The notes beneath the pieces were generated by a model. It made no database searches. It was not told the DNA's origin and saw only the letters and a program-made list of their open reading frames with translations. A program made the position numbers and the translations under genes. Shown in pieces: positions 38,562 through 52,150 of a DNA stretch of 64,000 bases. Position 1 is the first letter of the stretch. The number at the start of each line of letters is the position of its first letter. This stretch comes from Octopus sinensis (taxonomy: Eukaryota), in assembly GCF_006345805.1 (NCBI RefSeq), contig NC_043002.1, forward strand, positions 96,720,001 through 96,784,000. Direction: 5' to 3'.

Positions 38562-39266
38562 ATACATACATACGTACATGCATACATACATACATACATA
38601 TATATATATAGAGCGGCTTAACCACTGACAGCCGAGCGATCAAACGCACACACGTACACAAAAAATGTTTTCTACCCCTTGACGGAGGTCTTGCCAACCT
38701 GCGCCAGCACACATATATAGAACAGTAAACACACACATGTCTCTAAGTAGATTTTTTCTCACCCCTTATAAAACATCCAATATTCCTTAAATAGTCAGAA
38801 CTTTATTCTCGGTCACAAAGAACATCTACATACCCTCACCCACAGGAATTACCGCTGCCTGACCCGTTAAAATCTTCAACCACCGGTTCTCAACATACAC
38901 TGATAAACAGTTTTGCCATGGGCTCTTAGGAGCCTAGTTCGATTTGTTTTGCTCCGCCTCTGTTCTGTTTTTGTTTTTTCCAACGGATTTCCTATATGGT
39001 CTCATTATTCAATCGGATTTTGGTAAATTGTGCCTTTCGAAACACGTGTAGAATGAAATAAAACGATTTCTGTTCAATCTTCGTTCAGCTCCATTTCTTC
39101 AATTCACCAATAATATTTTAATTTCAATTATCCGCACCAACGCACGGTTGCAACACCATATGGTTGTACCTCCAACCGTGCTGTCTTCTGCTGTGATTTT
39201 TGCTACCAAGGTATCGGTTAAACTTTTGATTAATCTGCTACAAGATTATTCATCTTTCTATTTCAC

Positions 39267-39332
<66 letters not shown>

Positions 39333-39531
39333 GTGGTGTGTGTGTGTGTGTGTGTTTGCGTGTCTGTTTGTCACCACGTCATCGCTTGAGAACTGATGTT
39401 GTGTTTATGTCCCCGTAAAATAGCTGTTCGGCAAAAGAATCCGATAGAACGACTACTAGGTTTTTTTTTATAAGGTAAAATTTCGTTTATTAAGTAATCA
39501 TGCTTACCACACAGCCACTCCTGCGCCTATT

Positions 39532-39639
39532 AAAGAATATGGAACGCTTCGCGAATTTACGTGTCACCCTTGCGCAGGGGCCATGCTAATCTTCTTTGAA
39601 TCGTTACAATTTTAGTATAAGTATTACTGTTTAGAATAC
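39532..39639 (-). ncRNA. U6: U6 snRNA-like copy 2 (variant or pseudogene)
   Basis: As copy 1. The 5' stem GTATT/AATAC is intact. Confidence 0.92.
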
Positions 39640-40352
39640 ATACATACATACGTACATGCATACATACATACATACATATATATATAGAGAGCGGCTTAAC
39701 CACTGACAGCCGAGCGATCAAACGCACACACGTACACAAAAAATGTTTTCTACCCCTTGACGGAGGTCTTGCCAACCTGCGCCAGCACACATATATAGAA
39801 CAGTAAACACACACATGTCTCTAAGTAGATTTTTTCTCGCCCCTTATAAAACATCCAATATTCCTTAAATAGTCAGAACTTTATTCTCGGTCACAAAGAA
39901 CATCTACACACCCTCACCCACAGGAATTACCGCTGCCTGACCCGTTAAAATCTTCAACCACCGGTTCTCAACATACACTGATAAACAGTTTTGCCATGGG
40001 CTCTTAGGAGCCTAGTTCGATTTGTTTTGCTCCGCCTCTGTTCTGTTTTTGTTTTTTCCAACGGATTTCCTATATGGTCTCATTATTCAATCGGATTTTG
40101 GTAAATTGTGCCTTTCGAAACACGTGTAGAATGAAATAAAACGATTTCTGTTCAATCTTCGTTCAGCTCCATTTCTTCAATTCACCAATAATATTTTAAT
40201 TTCAATTATCCGCACCAACGCACGGTTGCAACACCATATGGTTGTACCTCCAACCGTGCTGTCTTCTGCTGTGATTTTTGCTACCAAGGTATCGGTTAAA
40301 CTTTTGATTAATCTGCTACAAGATTATTCATCTTTCTATTTCACATAATATA

Positions 40353-40383
<31 letters not shown>

Positions 40384-40389
40384 CATACA

Positions 40390-40518
40390 TATAAGAGGGA
40401 TGACCAATAAGTGGACATCCATTACGCTAGAAATAGACTCCCTATGATCTTACTACTAAGAAAGGATTGGCTTATTTCTAGCATAATGGATGTCCACTTA
40501 GTGGTCATCCCTCTTATA
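40390..40518. repeat. ~129-bp hairpin/MITE with ~46-nt arms
   Basis: TAAGAGGGATGACCA.TAAGTGGACATCCATTA is reverse-complementary to TAATGGATGTCCACTTA.TGGTCATCCCTCTTA. A partial arm recurs at ~40670-40710. Confidence 0.85.
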
Positions 40519-40717
40519 AGTATGTAATATAATTTTTCTGAATCTTCAGATTTTTCAATATGCTAGACGACTAGTTTTAAATTGATATTAATCAAATTAA
40601 TATTCAGTTTTTCACCTTTATTATTTTAAATTTGGCGTTTGCTGAATTTTCTTGAGAACATTCCTTTCTTCTAGAATAATGGATGTCCAGTTACAGGTCA
40701 TGTCTCTTATATGTATA

Positions 40718-40751
<34 letters not shown>

Positions 40752-40878
40752 AGATACAGGTATAGATATGTATGTGTGTATGTATGAGTCTATATGCCTA
40801 TGTGTGTAATTATGTATTTCTATTTGTCCATATGTTGAAGAGAAAACAAAACTTAATAAATATATTTTGTTTTGTCAG

Positions 40879-40963
40879 TGAGATTGATCTGCCCTACAAT
40901 TCTCAACAGCTGGAATTCGAATTTAGTGGAGTTATAAATGTATTGTTTAATGGCTGTAAATTT
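40879..40963 (+). CDS. Tentative paralog B exon 4: (N)EIDLPYNSQQLEFEFSGVINVLFNGCKF
   Basis: TTTTGTCAG acceptor, open only in phase 2, which matches exon 3. Its 3' end is near-identical to 15247-15273 in paralog A. The donor (GTAAAG) is weak; an alternative donor lies at 40940. Confidence 0.4.
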
Positions 40964-41319
40964 GTAAAGATTTATATTCTTTTGTAATAAAAACTACAAC
41001 TTTATAATTAACGACACTAACCAGTTTTATTTGGTAATATCTGTTTTCTCTATATGAGGCGGCGAGCTTGAGGAATCGTTAGCATGCTTAGCGAAATGCT
41101 GAGAGGAATTTCATCACACTTCACCTCATAAGTTCAAAATCCGCCGAGATCACCATAGTCATTCATCATTTTCGGTGTCTATAAAATAATTACAAGTTGA
41201 TCAGCAGGGTCGATGTAATAGACTTAGCCTCTTTCCCAAAACTGCTGACCGCATGACCAAATTTGAAACCCATGCATGTTTTATGAATAATTGTTTTGCA
41301 TATTCTTTTACTTTTATAG

Positions 41320-41400
41320 AAAGGGAAGCAGAGGAAAATAAACCCGAAATTGAAAGCCAAACCGAAACCAAAATCAGTTTGCAATCGGAATAAGATCTAA
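41320..41400 (+). CDS. Paralog B terminal exon: KGKQRKINPKLKAKPKPKSVCNRNKI* in phase 0; AATAAA at 41448 and 41453
   Basis: TTTTATAG acceptor, stop codon, polyA signals, and a paralog at 15392. Reading frame is ambiguous (phase 1 gives KREAEENKPEIE...*). Confidence 0.55.
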   Translation, partial: KGKQRKINPKLKAKPKPKSVCNRNKI

Positions 41401-42092
41401 TCATTCTCTCGTATAATCCTCCCTGAAAATCGTGTAAGAAATAAGGTAATAAAATAAAATCAAAGCCAAATTTGCGGTCCCTTTTTGTTTTGTTTTTCCT
41501 ACGTATATACTGTGATCCTTACGATTGCTACAAACCATAAGAAGGAAAGTTTGACTAAAATATAACATTTCCTTTTCGTTTCACCAGCCAATCATCCAAC
41601 ACTTCTCGATATTCTGCATGGTTGCCATAACAGTATTCCCTGCCACTCACCTCCAGAAAGAACGGGACCTACTTTCTCTCGAAACTTCTGTTGCTTTTGG
41701 TCTCAAACTCATTTCCCAATATTTCTAAACCCACTTTTCTCCTCAACTTCCCCTATTTTTACCCACTCCCCTCACACCAATCCCATCTCATCACCACACT
41801 ACCATTTGCATTCAATACCAAAAAAACTAAAACCCCAATGCCAAAAACATCTCCACTACTATCACTTACACACAAGTATACGCATAAGCCCCTCCTCCAC
41901 TTTATTACAACTTAACATCTTTACATACACCAACACGTCCACACATACATAAAGCTTTACACTCTCACGCTAAGATGTATATATCCCAATATACTTGCTC
42001 TCTGTGCACCTACACCAATCCGGACAGATACAAACAGAAAAAATTGCATTTATTGTCTATTTTAAATGCATATATAAACACATACCTTTAAA

Positions 42093-42323
42093 GGCGGCGA
42101 GCTGGCAGAAATGTTAGCACGCCGGGCGAAATGCTTAGCGGTATTTCGTCTGCCGTTACGTTCTGAGTTCAAATTCCGCCGAGGTCGACTTTGCCTTTCA
42201 TAATTTCGGGGTCGATTAAGTAAGTACCAGTTACGCACTGGGGTCGATGTAATCGATTTAATCCGCTTGTCTGTCCTTGTTTGTCCCCTCAGTGTGTAGC
42301 CCCTTGTGGGCAGTGAAGAAATA
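42093..42323 (+). mobile_element. Family-1 SINE, near-consensus
   Basis: Highly similar to the copy at 8409. Confidence 0.88.
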
Positions 42324-43599
42324 ATAAACACATACCTGTACTCGTATGCATACCTCACTCACATACCCGCCGTTTCCAGTTTGGTTCGGAGCTGTCCTCA
42401 ACACCTTCATACATGGTTCCATAATTGCTCAAAAGAAGTGTCAATCCTTGCCACTGACACTTCAAGCCACTCACGCAAACAGACACACATTCACAGACGC
42501 GCAAACGCACATACACACCCTCCACCCCCCCCCCCCCCACCACCACCGCTTCGCTTGACTATACCTTCGCTCATTAACATACAGTTTTCTGTCCCCTCAT
42601 TGTCACACGTCCTTCCGCTCTCCTTGATTCCTGCAGCCTTCTTCATGCGTTGCTCCATAGCATTTAGGCTCCATTCCTCCAAAATTTTCCCACTGCTATT
42701 CCACATTCGGAAAGATGATCCGACTTCTGTGACTGCAACGTAATTTTACAAGGGAGACTACTCATAGTATAAGAACGCACAGTTATTGCTGATATCCAGA
42801 TTCAGTCTGCTCTTATTTTCATTAAGATTGCTGGGTTGTACAGCGGCAATAATACAGAGGCATACACACCAACAGATAGACACACACACACACACGTACA
42901 CACACTCACGCTTACACTCATTCAATGGTTGTCCCAAAAGTGATACAAAAACAGGCATAACCTTTTACTAACTGACATAGGCCGTTGAAGTTGCATATGT
43001 TGGTAGTTTAACTCTTCCCCTATACCAAACTCTCGTCCTACTCTCCTTCATTGCAAACGAAATTATTTCTTTATCCATATCTGTGGTATACATAACCGCT
43101 TTAGGTAAAAGTTTTTCAATGAACGTTATGAAGGCAATTTTTCTATAAATTTGTTAATAAATTCAGTTCATTAAATCACCCTCTCTCGTGTTAATCTCAC
43201 TAAATCTTTTATCGTTTGTCTTTTACTTTTGTATGTCATCGGTGAAGTACTTATTCTCACGGTCTCGTTGCTGAACCGCTAAATATACGGGATGTAAACA
43301 AAACAACACCGGTTGTCAAGCGGTCGTTCTTAAACAAACACAACCACAACTGAGCAAGCGCGAGCGCGCGTGCACACACACACACACTTGCATACATACA
43401 CACACTTGCATACATACGCAGACAATCACGCACATTGATGTACGACGGACTTCCACCCAGTTTCCTTCTACCAAATCCATTCCAAAGACAATCTTCGGTC
43501 AGAGTGAGACTGAATCCGACACCACCTAGTTATAAAGGGAGCTGGAAACAACGAAGGGGAGCATAATGATTATGATAATATAAAAAGTAGAATAATCAA

Positions 43600-46500
43600 A
43601 GAACTGAAAACCACAGAGCTCAAAATGGACCACCGACCATGCCTCCCAAAAATCAAAATAGACAAAACAACAACACCAATTATAAACAGCATAAACCTAG
43701 CCGTCACGGAACTAATAGCCACTGAAACAAAAAGCGATATCACTGAGCTAAATAACTTAGTTTACGCAGCAGCCACTGCAGCCACAAAAGAAGCTGGATA
43801 CTCACTCAAATCCATCCAAACAGGAGTACCACCACCCAAACAAACCCTGTGGATAAATAACATCCAAAACAAAATACAAAAAATGAGAAAAGATCTGTCG
43901 ATTCTTAATGAAATCAGTAGACAATCAACGCTACTGAGCAACAAAAAGAAAACAACAATACTCCGCAAATGCAACATCACAGAAAAAGATTTACCTGAGA
44001 TAAAAGAAAAGCTAAGGCAAGATATCCTTGCCAAAGCACAAATGATCCACCGGTACGAGAAACGCCAACGTTTCTTTGAACAAAACAAAAAGTTCAACTC
44101 CAACCCCCAAAAGTTCTACCAAGAACTTGGCAAAAATAAAATAGAAATCACTACAGCACCAACGGCAGAAGAAGTGGAAGAATTCTGGAGAGAAATATGG
44201 TCGGCGAACGAACAACCAAAAAAAGGAGTATTAAAACAACAAACTCGGCATCTGAACAACTTTGGACCCCCATAACAACTGAAGAGGTCACCCAGGCACT
44301 GCAAAGTCTAAGCAACTGGAAGGCACCTGGGCATGACAAGATCCCCAACTTCTGGTTGAAATATCTAACAGGAATGCAAAAAAGCTGGCTGAAAACTTTA
44401 ACAACATACTAGCAGAGCCAGAGACAATGTCTGAATGGCTCACGAAGGGGAAAACCATCTTAATTCCCAAATCAAATGAGATAGCAAAACCAGAAAACTA
44501 CAGACCTATAACCTGTCTCCCTACAATGTACAAGGCATTTACTGTAGTGATATCGCAAACATTGAACAAGCACCTGGACGAAAACAACCTGTTTCCAGAA
44601 GAGCAGATAGGATGCCACAAAGGCTCATACGGCTGTAAAGATCAACTAATGATTAATGAAGCCATAACTGAAGACACCCACAGAAAGAAGAAAGGCCTCA
44701 GTATGGCCTGGATCGACTACAAAAAGGCGTTTGATAGCATCCCCCACACATGGATCCTCGAAACTCTAGCCATTAACAAAGTAGCACCAACAATTATAAA
44801 ATTCATAGGACACTCTATAAATAAATGGCAAACAGTCCTACAGCTCCAAACAAAAGAGAGACTCATGAAAACCAAAGCCATCCCCATTAGAAGAGGAATA
44901 TTCCAAGGAGACACGCTCTCTCCACTCCTTTTCTGCTTGGCACTGTCACCTCTATCTGATATGCTAAATAGAACTGGATGCGGATATAAATGTTACGGCA
45001 AAACGATCACCAACCTTTTATATATGGATGACCTAAAACTATACGCTGCAAATGACAAACAGCTGAAAACTCTATTAAAGACAGTTCATGGATTTACCAA
45101 AGAAATAGATATGAAATTTGGATTTAAAAAATGCGCCAAAGTAACCATGAAAAGAGGAAAACTAGTTAAGAGTAGCAACATCACACTAGATAAAACCAAT
45201 AAAATAAAAGAATTAGACCAAAGCCAAACTTACAAATACTTAGGAATCCATGAACTAGATAAGACACAACACACACAAATGAAAGAGAAAATAAAAAAAG
45301 AATATTATAGACGAGTTAGATCAATACTAAAAACAGAGCTCAATGCTGAAAACAAGATAATAGGTATTAACACTTTAGCTGTCCCAGTTATAAGTTACAG
45401 CTACAATATCCTTAACTGGACACTAAATGAACTGACCAAAATAGGTAGGAAAACAAGAAAAATAATGACAGGATCTAGGATGTATCACCCAAAATCTGAC
45501 ATAGAAAGACTATATATACAACGTATAGAAGGTGGTAGAGGCCTTATACAGCTGAAAAACTACTATAAAATAACCACCATAGGACTGAAAAATATCTACT
45601 TGAGAAGGAAGGAAAACAAATAGCGGCAAAACACGAGCAAAACAAAAAACTGTTCTCCGTATTTAAGGAAGCTGACAAATACAAACAAGAAATCATACCA
45701 CCTAACAAATATGAAGAAGAAGAAGAAGAAGAAGAAGAAGAAGAAGAAGAAGAAGAAGAAGAAGAAGAAGAAGAAGAAGAAGAAGAAGAAGAAGAAGAAG
45801 AAGAAGAAGAAGAAGAAGAAGAAGAAGAAGATGAAGAAACAACAAAAGCTATAAAACAAATGAAATCCAAACTAAAACTAGAACAGCAAAGAACCATGAT
45901 AAAACGATGGCAAGAAAAGCCCCTTCATGGTAAGTACTGGACTAAACTAAATGCAAAAGAAATAGACAAAGAAAAATCCCAGCAATGGTTGAGAAGCTCG
46001 GGACTCAAAGCAGAAAAAGAGGGATTTTTTATTGCAGCACAAGACCAAAGTCTCCCCACCAGAAATTACCAAAAACATGTAATGAAAAGAAATATAACAA
46101 GTAACTGCAGAATATGTGGAGATGGAAAAGAAACAATAAATCAGATTATCTCTAGCTGCCCAGTCCTTGACTAAGAAGGAATATATTCACAGACATGACA
46201 GAGCTGGGACCTACATACACTGGAAACTATGCCAACATTATGGAATAACAACAAAGAAAAGATGGTATAGGCACACACCAGAAAAGGTCACAGAAAACGA
46301 GAAAGCAACCATACTCTGGGATATGCCGTTATACACAGATAGAGAAATTAAGGCCAACAGACCAGATATAGTTGTCAGAGATCATGAAGAAAAAAATGCT
46401 TTCTAATTGATGTATCAATACCAGAAGATGACAAAGTGTGTCTAAAAGAAATGGAGAAACTTTGAAAATACAAAGACCTGGAAATAGGGGTAACCAGAAT

Positions 46501-46774
46501 GTGGAATCTAAAAACAGGAACAATTCCTATCATAGTAGGTGCATTAGGCGTGATAAAAGAAAATATTCAGACAAATACATAACAAAAACACCAGGACTTA
46601 CAAACACATATAACATACAGAAAATTGCACTACTAGGCACTGCATACATCCTACGCAGAACACTTTCCATACAATAACCATCAGAGCATCACAACTAATC
46701 ACAGCACATACCAAAGGCACACAGAGCTGCGCTCGGTAGTGAAGTGAAAGCACGCTATAAAAATAAAACTACTG
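43600..46774 (+). mobile_element. R4/Dong-like RLE retrotransposon, subfamily B (5'-truncated, frameshifted)
   Basis: RT motifs (YRPITCL, DYKKAFDS, FQGDTLSP, YMDD), CRICGDGKETINQIISSC knuckle, RPDIVV RLE domain, and a (TAA)n tail at 46782-46863. Confidence 0.95.
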
Positions 46775-46776
46775 AT

Positions 46777-46864
<88 letters not shown>

Positions 46865-48404
46865 TGCTAAAGTATCTGGTTTAGCTCTACCTTCTGAATG
46901 TAGGTTCAAATTTCATTAGATCCCATCTGCACATCTCTGTGCCACAAATCCTTACAAGTTCATGGAAGAATATATTATCGCGTGGAGTCACAAAATAAAT
47001 TTCTGAGGAGATTTTCCTTCCAAATGGTTCGTAATATTGTCCTCTTCGATTCTCAACATGTGTCTCTCTACAACAAGCACTCATAGCTGTATTGAATGAT
47101 TGCCTGTATGAATGTTTTTCTTCCTTTCATATTCAATTACCGGACACTATATCAAAGAAATACTTGAAAATGCCTAATAATGAATAATTAAATCAATGTT
47201 GGTCAAATTTCTGTCCATGACACTTACATACTTGGAAAGCTATCAAGGAGGTAGTCATAGCAGCTAAATCAGCTCAAGAGGGCTCTGATTGACAAGAGAC
47301 CGTAAGTGAAATCTTTCAACAGTTCAGTACTAATTCAGTCCTCGCAGCCCCTATTCCAGTGAATGTGACAGGCTAAGGATCGAAACGGAAGGGTAATCAA
47401 TATTACAATGAATTCAGATTGAGCAAATCTTGGAACTGGCTCCTGAAGCCTCGGCGTGAGACAAAGCATCTCCGATGTTTATTCCACTCAGGCTTTACTT
47501 AAAGTGACTTCGTACTAAGAGAAACACCAGAATTAATACTTCCCTCGGAGATGAAATTATTTTATCCAATACAACTAGCACTTGTTTGTTCTTAAAGATT
47601 GACTCTCTATATTCCAACCTCTTTCCTAACCATGGTACCTTAACGTATGTAGAATCTATCTGCTAAACCCATCATTTTCCAATATTCGATATCGTGTTTT
47701 TTATTCCTCGTCTGTGAAGCCCTAAATTTTTTCTAGTTCATTCAGTCTCTGTACCACACGCCTTCTATTTTCGTCAGGTCACTGATATCGGCGTAGAACC
47801 ACCATATACATGGAAGCATTTCTTCACTCCTCATTCAACCACCAAGCACTATATCAAATAACAAAACTATGAAAATGACTTATAAAGAACATACAATCCA
47901 ATGTATTGTCCAAATCTCTTTCTTATTACACCAATATTCTTAGAATTAATTACAGTCTGTACAATACATTACGTCCAACTAACAGAGGCCCCAGTATTTA
48001 CACTAATCACTGATATCCAATTTTCTCATCATATATCCGGTATTAGATATCGGCTTTTGTTCTTTTATTGTTCACGTTTAGCGCTTGATCTCATTCCGTC
48101 ATGTTTATTCGGTTGGAATTTTTCTTTTACTGTCAGTCGCATTTTACATTTTCTAGATGTTTTTAGATCGTCATTGATTTTGCTAATAGGATATTCCAGA
48201 TACTGAGTGATAATCCAGGCACTGTGGTGATATTCTAGCTTCAGCTGAGTGATATCCCAGCTTCAGTGATATTCCAGGTACTAAGGCATACAAACAAAAG
48301 CCATTATTGGACACCAGAATGCTTACAAACATTCAAATGTTGCAAATGAGCACGTGTTCAGATGCAATCAGGAGAACTTCGTTGCAATTGATAGTGAAAG
48401 TTAT

Positions 48405-48810
48405 ACAGGGTGGACTAAAAGGGTCTGACACATTTGGAGGCTTAATAAACGCACAAAATAAGAAATAATGAAAAGAAAACTTTTATTTTCTGAATGTACA
48501 TATAATACCATTATATTTCATTAAGTTTAAAAAATTAAATCAGCTAAATGCTTCCCATCATTGTCAACACACTGTTGGAGACGTTCATGAAAGTTATCGA
48601 TAACTCTATGGATCATTACTTCTGGAATGGTTGCTATTTCTACACAAATTGCACGTTTTAATTCATCAATAGATCGAGGGCGATGACTGAATACTTTTGA
48701 TGTTAAATATCCCCACAAGAAGAAATCACATTTCGCCATTCCAGAAGAAATGATCCATAGAGTTATCGATAACTTTCATGAATGTCTCCAACAGTGTGTT
48801 GACCCAGCTT
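48405..48810 (-). mobile_element. Tc1/mariner-superfamily transposase 3' fragment
   Basis: CDFFLWGYL.SKVF..P.SI.ELK motif. Confidence 0.85.
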
Positions 48811-49184
48811 CCGGAGCCCTCTTTAGAACATGGTGGAATTTCTTGGCAGCAACTTTGCGTAAACTGTTATCTCCCAGCCATAATCTAGTTGACATTTTAT
48901 TGATTCTTTGAGATACTTTTACATTGAGATGCAACAGAGCAGTTTTTTTTATCTTATTTGCAAAGTACCAAATTTAGCCAGAACACCCTGTGTGTTTTGT
49001 GGGAAAAAAAGACAAATTTAGTGTTTCATCATACACTTACTTAAAGACATTTTATATTTAAAGACATATAATAGAAAAACGTATGATTCTCTCCATGTAA
49101 ATACAGCATGTAGAACTTGGTCTTCAGTCTATGATGTTTTGTGAAGATGATGTGACCACTCGAAAGAACTGACGGTGTACCCTG

Positions 49185-49400
49185 TCAATTTTTATAACTT
49201 TGTGATAAGAGACTGTGACACTTTGCATTGTTTTTAATATAGGGTCTGGATTTAGAGACGATTTTCCATTTGATATTTAAATTGGTCCTTTCGTCTTCAA
49301 GTTCCCAGATTACACACGAAAGAGTTGTTGAATATCTTTTATTTCGATCTGAAAACCTGGGTAGCAAACCTTGGGTAACAAACAGAGTCCATACACAAAT
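49185..49400 (-). mobile_element. Penelope GIY-YIG C-terminal fragment
   Basis: STTLS..IWEL......IKWKIV...PY......C pattern. Confidence 0.75.
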
Positions 49401-49909
49401 AACTATTCACACACACAATTCATTGTGCCACTTATCGTGAGGAAGCTACGCAGCTAACGACCTAAATTTTAGCCACTGGACTACATACAATCGACTCCTG
49501 TCCATTCTCGCACCAAACAGATTAAATTTGGAGTGCCAAGATTATAACTAAACAAGATTATAACTAAACCCAACCGTGACAGCCTTAACTTACGGCGCCA
49601 AACATTGACAGTTGATACTAACACACGGACGTAGCGGAGAACCTACAAAATTTTCTAAGACCAGTCATGTGACTATCCTCAACCAATTAAATCCTATTCA
49701 AAACATATTAATTTGAACCATGAACCCTTTATAAAAATAAGGCAAACTTCAAACACTAGTCAGAAGTAAAACAGCTGCGACATAAACCAGGTCATTCTAT
49801 TTGAACATTTTGAAAATCAGTGTAAACTGTGAAACCGGTTAATGCTTTAAAAATATTAATACAAAATATTTTAACTATTCGCAGTGCATTCTCAACTTCT
49901 ATTATTTCC

Positions 49910-50480
49910 TATACAAAGAGTGTCCTAAAAGTCAGTGATGGGTTTCAGTTTTTAATAACTTACTTAACTTTACAAATTAATGCATGAAATTTTGATACAA
50001 TACAAGTAAAGGACGAAATGGAAATTAATATGCACAAGTCCGTCAAATTGTGCAAAACCACTACATCACCTATGAAAATTAACATCACTTAAATGGCAGC
50101 CATTTTCGAATTTCCACGCTCGTGTTCTTTCCAAAACTTGCACCATAACATCCTCAAGCGTTTCAGACTCCATTTCTCTGATTTCTCTATTGATGTTCTC
50201 CTTCAGTTGCATCAGGGTATCCGGTTTGTTCACGTAAACCCTCTCTTTCAGGCATCCCCAAAAGACAAGAGATACAATGCAATTGCTACGGCTTTGGAGA
50301 GAGAATAATCTCCCGCTACGGCAATGTCAACTGGCCTTCACGTTCTCCAGACTTGACTAGCCCGGATTTTTTCTTGTGGGGATACCTGAAAGAACGAGTT
50401 TACGTCAACAAAACGGAGACCCTGGTGCATCTGAAAGAGAACATCGATAGAGAAATCACAGAAGTGGAGTCTGAGACTCT
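49910..50480 (+). mobile_element. Tc1/mariner-superfamily internally deleted element
   Basis: WPSRSPDLTSPDFFLWGYLKERVYVNK motif at ~50330-50410. Confidence 0.85.
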
Positions 50481-50624
50481 TGAGGCTTTAATGGCCTGAG
50501 GATATAGTATAAGAGTGAAGCTTGAGGGCTAGACAGAGACATTAATGGGATGAATGATGATGATATATGGATGATAAGGATGGGAGAAGACGAAAAGCGC
50601 CCGCAGACTTTCGCTTCTCTAAAA

Positions 50625-52150
50625 CATTGTTCTTTTTTCTTCTTTTTTTAAAAATACAATGAGGCAATAAATCTCTTACACAGTTCAAAATTTAAAATAA
50701 AACACAAACACGAGGCAATAATCCTCTCACTTTTTACATTTTTAGTCTCTTTTTTGAGGTAATACACCTCTTCAATTTTCCGCCCGGCCAGGCTCCTCGC
50801 TTCATCGAAGCACCTGAAGGAGTCCTTCGGGAAGGAGTCCGTTATCCTGTACAGATCGTTCTCCCATATGACCTCGGGTTCTTCGGTGGGCAACCATTGT
50901 TGCTCACCTTTCGCTTTCGTTTTGTCGAGGAGGTGGAAACTTCCTCGACATCCTCCTCCTTCTCTCCCTCCATTGAGGGAGCAGGGAGTGGTTCCTCTGT
51001 TAACTGTTCCAGGATCCTATTTTGGTCCTTGGGGCAGTTTTTCTTGATATGGCCGGTCTCCAGGCACAGGTGACACTTGGGGGGGGGGGGGCTCCCGCGA
51101 GCATCACCGGATACCTAAACCCGGCCATCCTAAAAAAATCTGGGAAAACCAGACTTTCGGCTGATTGGGTCCATAGGGTCAACACAGCCTTTGACCCCTC
51201 CCAATCAGCCGCAGGCAAAATTTTTACGTTGAGCAGCTTGGTACTGCTACCACACAGACCCCGGCGGATAGAGTCCTCTATCCACTCGGGCTCAATTCCG
51301 AGTGGCAAGCCGCAAACCCAAGCCCTCGTTAACTTCTTTCCACAATAACTGGGAAGAAACATTATTTCCTTCCCCTCGAGGGGCCGGCTTGCAAAATCGC
51401 AAGCTTCTTTGGGAGAGTCAAATAGCAACCAGACCGTTGCAAATTTGACTTCCCGTGAAATAAATTTAATAGCTGTCATGTATTCTGCCAGCTCTTTCAA
51501 AATTGTGGCTTTCGGGAAGACGGTTATGGTATCGAGTGACTTTGAATAAGTCCTCAACACCACCGTCTTCCTTTCGAGCTCTTTTAGCCATGATTTGGGA
51601 GGTGTTAATTCCCACACTAATATTTCCTTTGCCATATTTTTTTTAAATAAAAAGTTCAAAAACAGTTCGTCAATACGTTTTCAAATAAAGAAAGATATAC
51701 AAAAAAAGAAAGAAGATACAACAGAAGGGAAGAAAAAATAAAAATAACAGCTCAAATAAAGTCCTTTTTTTTTTTAATAAATGATAGCTGTGAAAAGAGA
51801 GTTCAAATTCAGGCAAAGAAATAAATTTTCGGCCGAAAGGTACTCCTGGCCAATCCTTTTAATCCACGTGGCACAAAAATTTTCAAATACAATTTCTCAC
51901 AAGTAAGTGAGACAACACACACGTCTCCACTGCAAGGCAGACAAAAAGCTCCGAATCTACTAAGGACTCCCTGCCTGTTCAACAGGCAACAAATCCTACC
52001 GGACTCAAAAAGCAAAAAGTCTTACCTTACAGTAGAGCGTCTTTCAGTTCAACTTTCGCCAGGTGCATACCAGCGTGACGACTTCAACGGGTTCGTGATG
52101 AACACTGTTTTTATTCTTTTTTCTATTTAGGACGGAGCTCAAAGCTAGAC
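50625..52150 (-). mobile_element. ORF1-only L1/Tx1-like retroelement (RRM-like region plus CCHC knuckle)
   Basis: ORF 51659-51000. A shift at the C13 run restores KCHLCLETGHIKKNCP (CX2CX4HX4C). An A-rich tail follows directly, with no ORF2. Confidence 0.7.

Larger units (their letters stand above)
38200..40370. repeat. Tandem duplication of a ~1078-bp unit bounded by (TA)n
   Basis: Near-identical units with a 1078-bp offset between the U6 copies. Confidence 0.93.

Noticed and set aside
38597-38612. TATA box of a functional U6 promoter
   Set aside because: It is part of a (TA)n/(TATG)n microsatellite about 37-48 nt upstream, too far for the usual position. No recognisable PSE could be supported.
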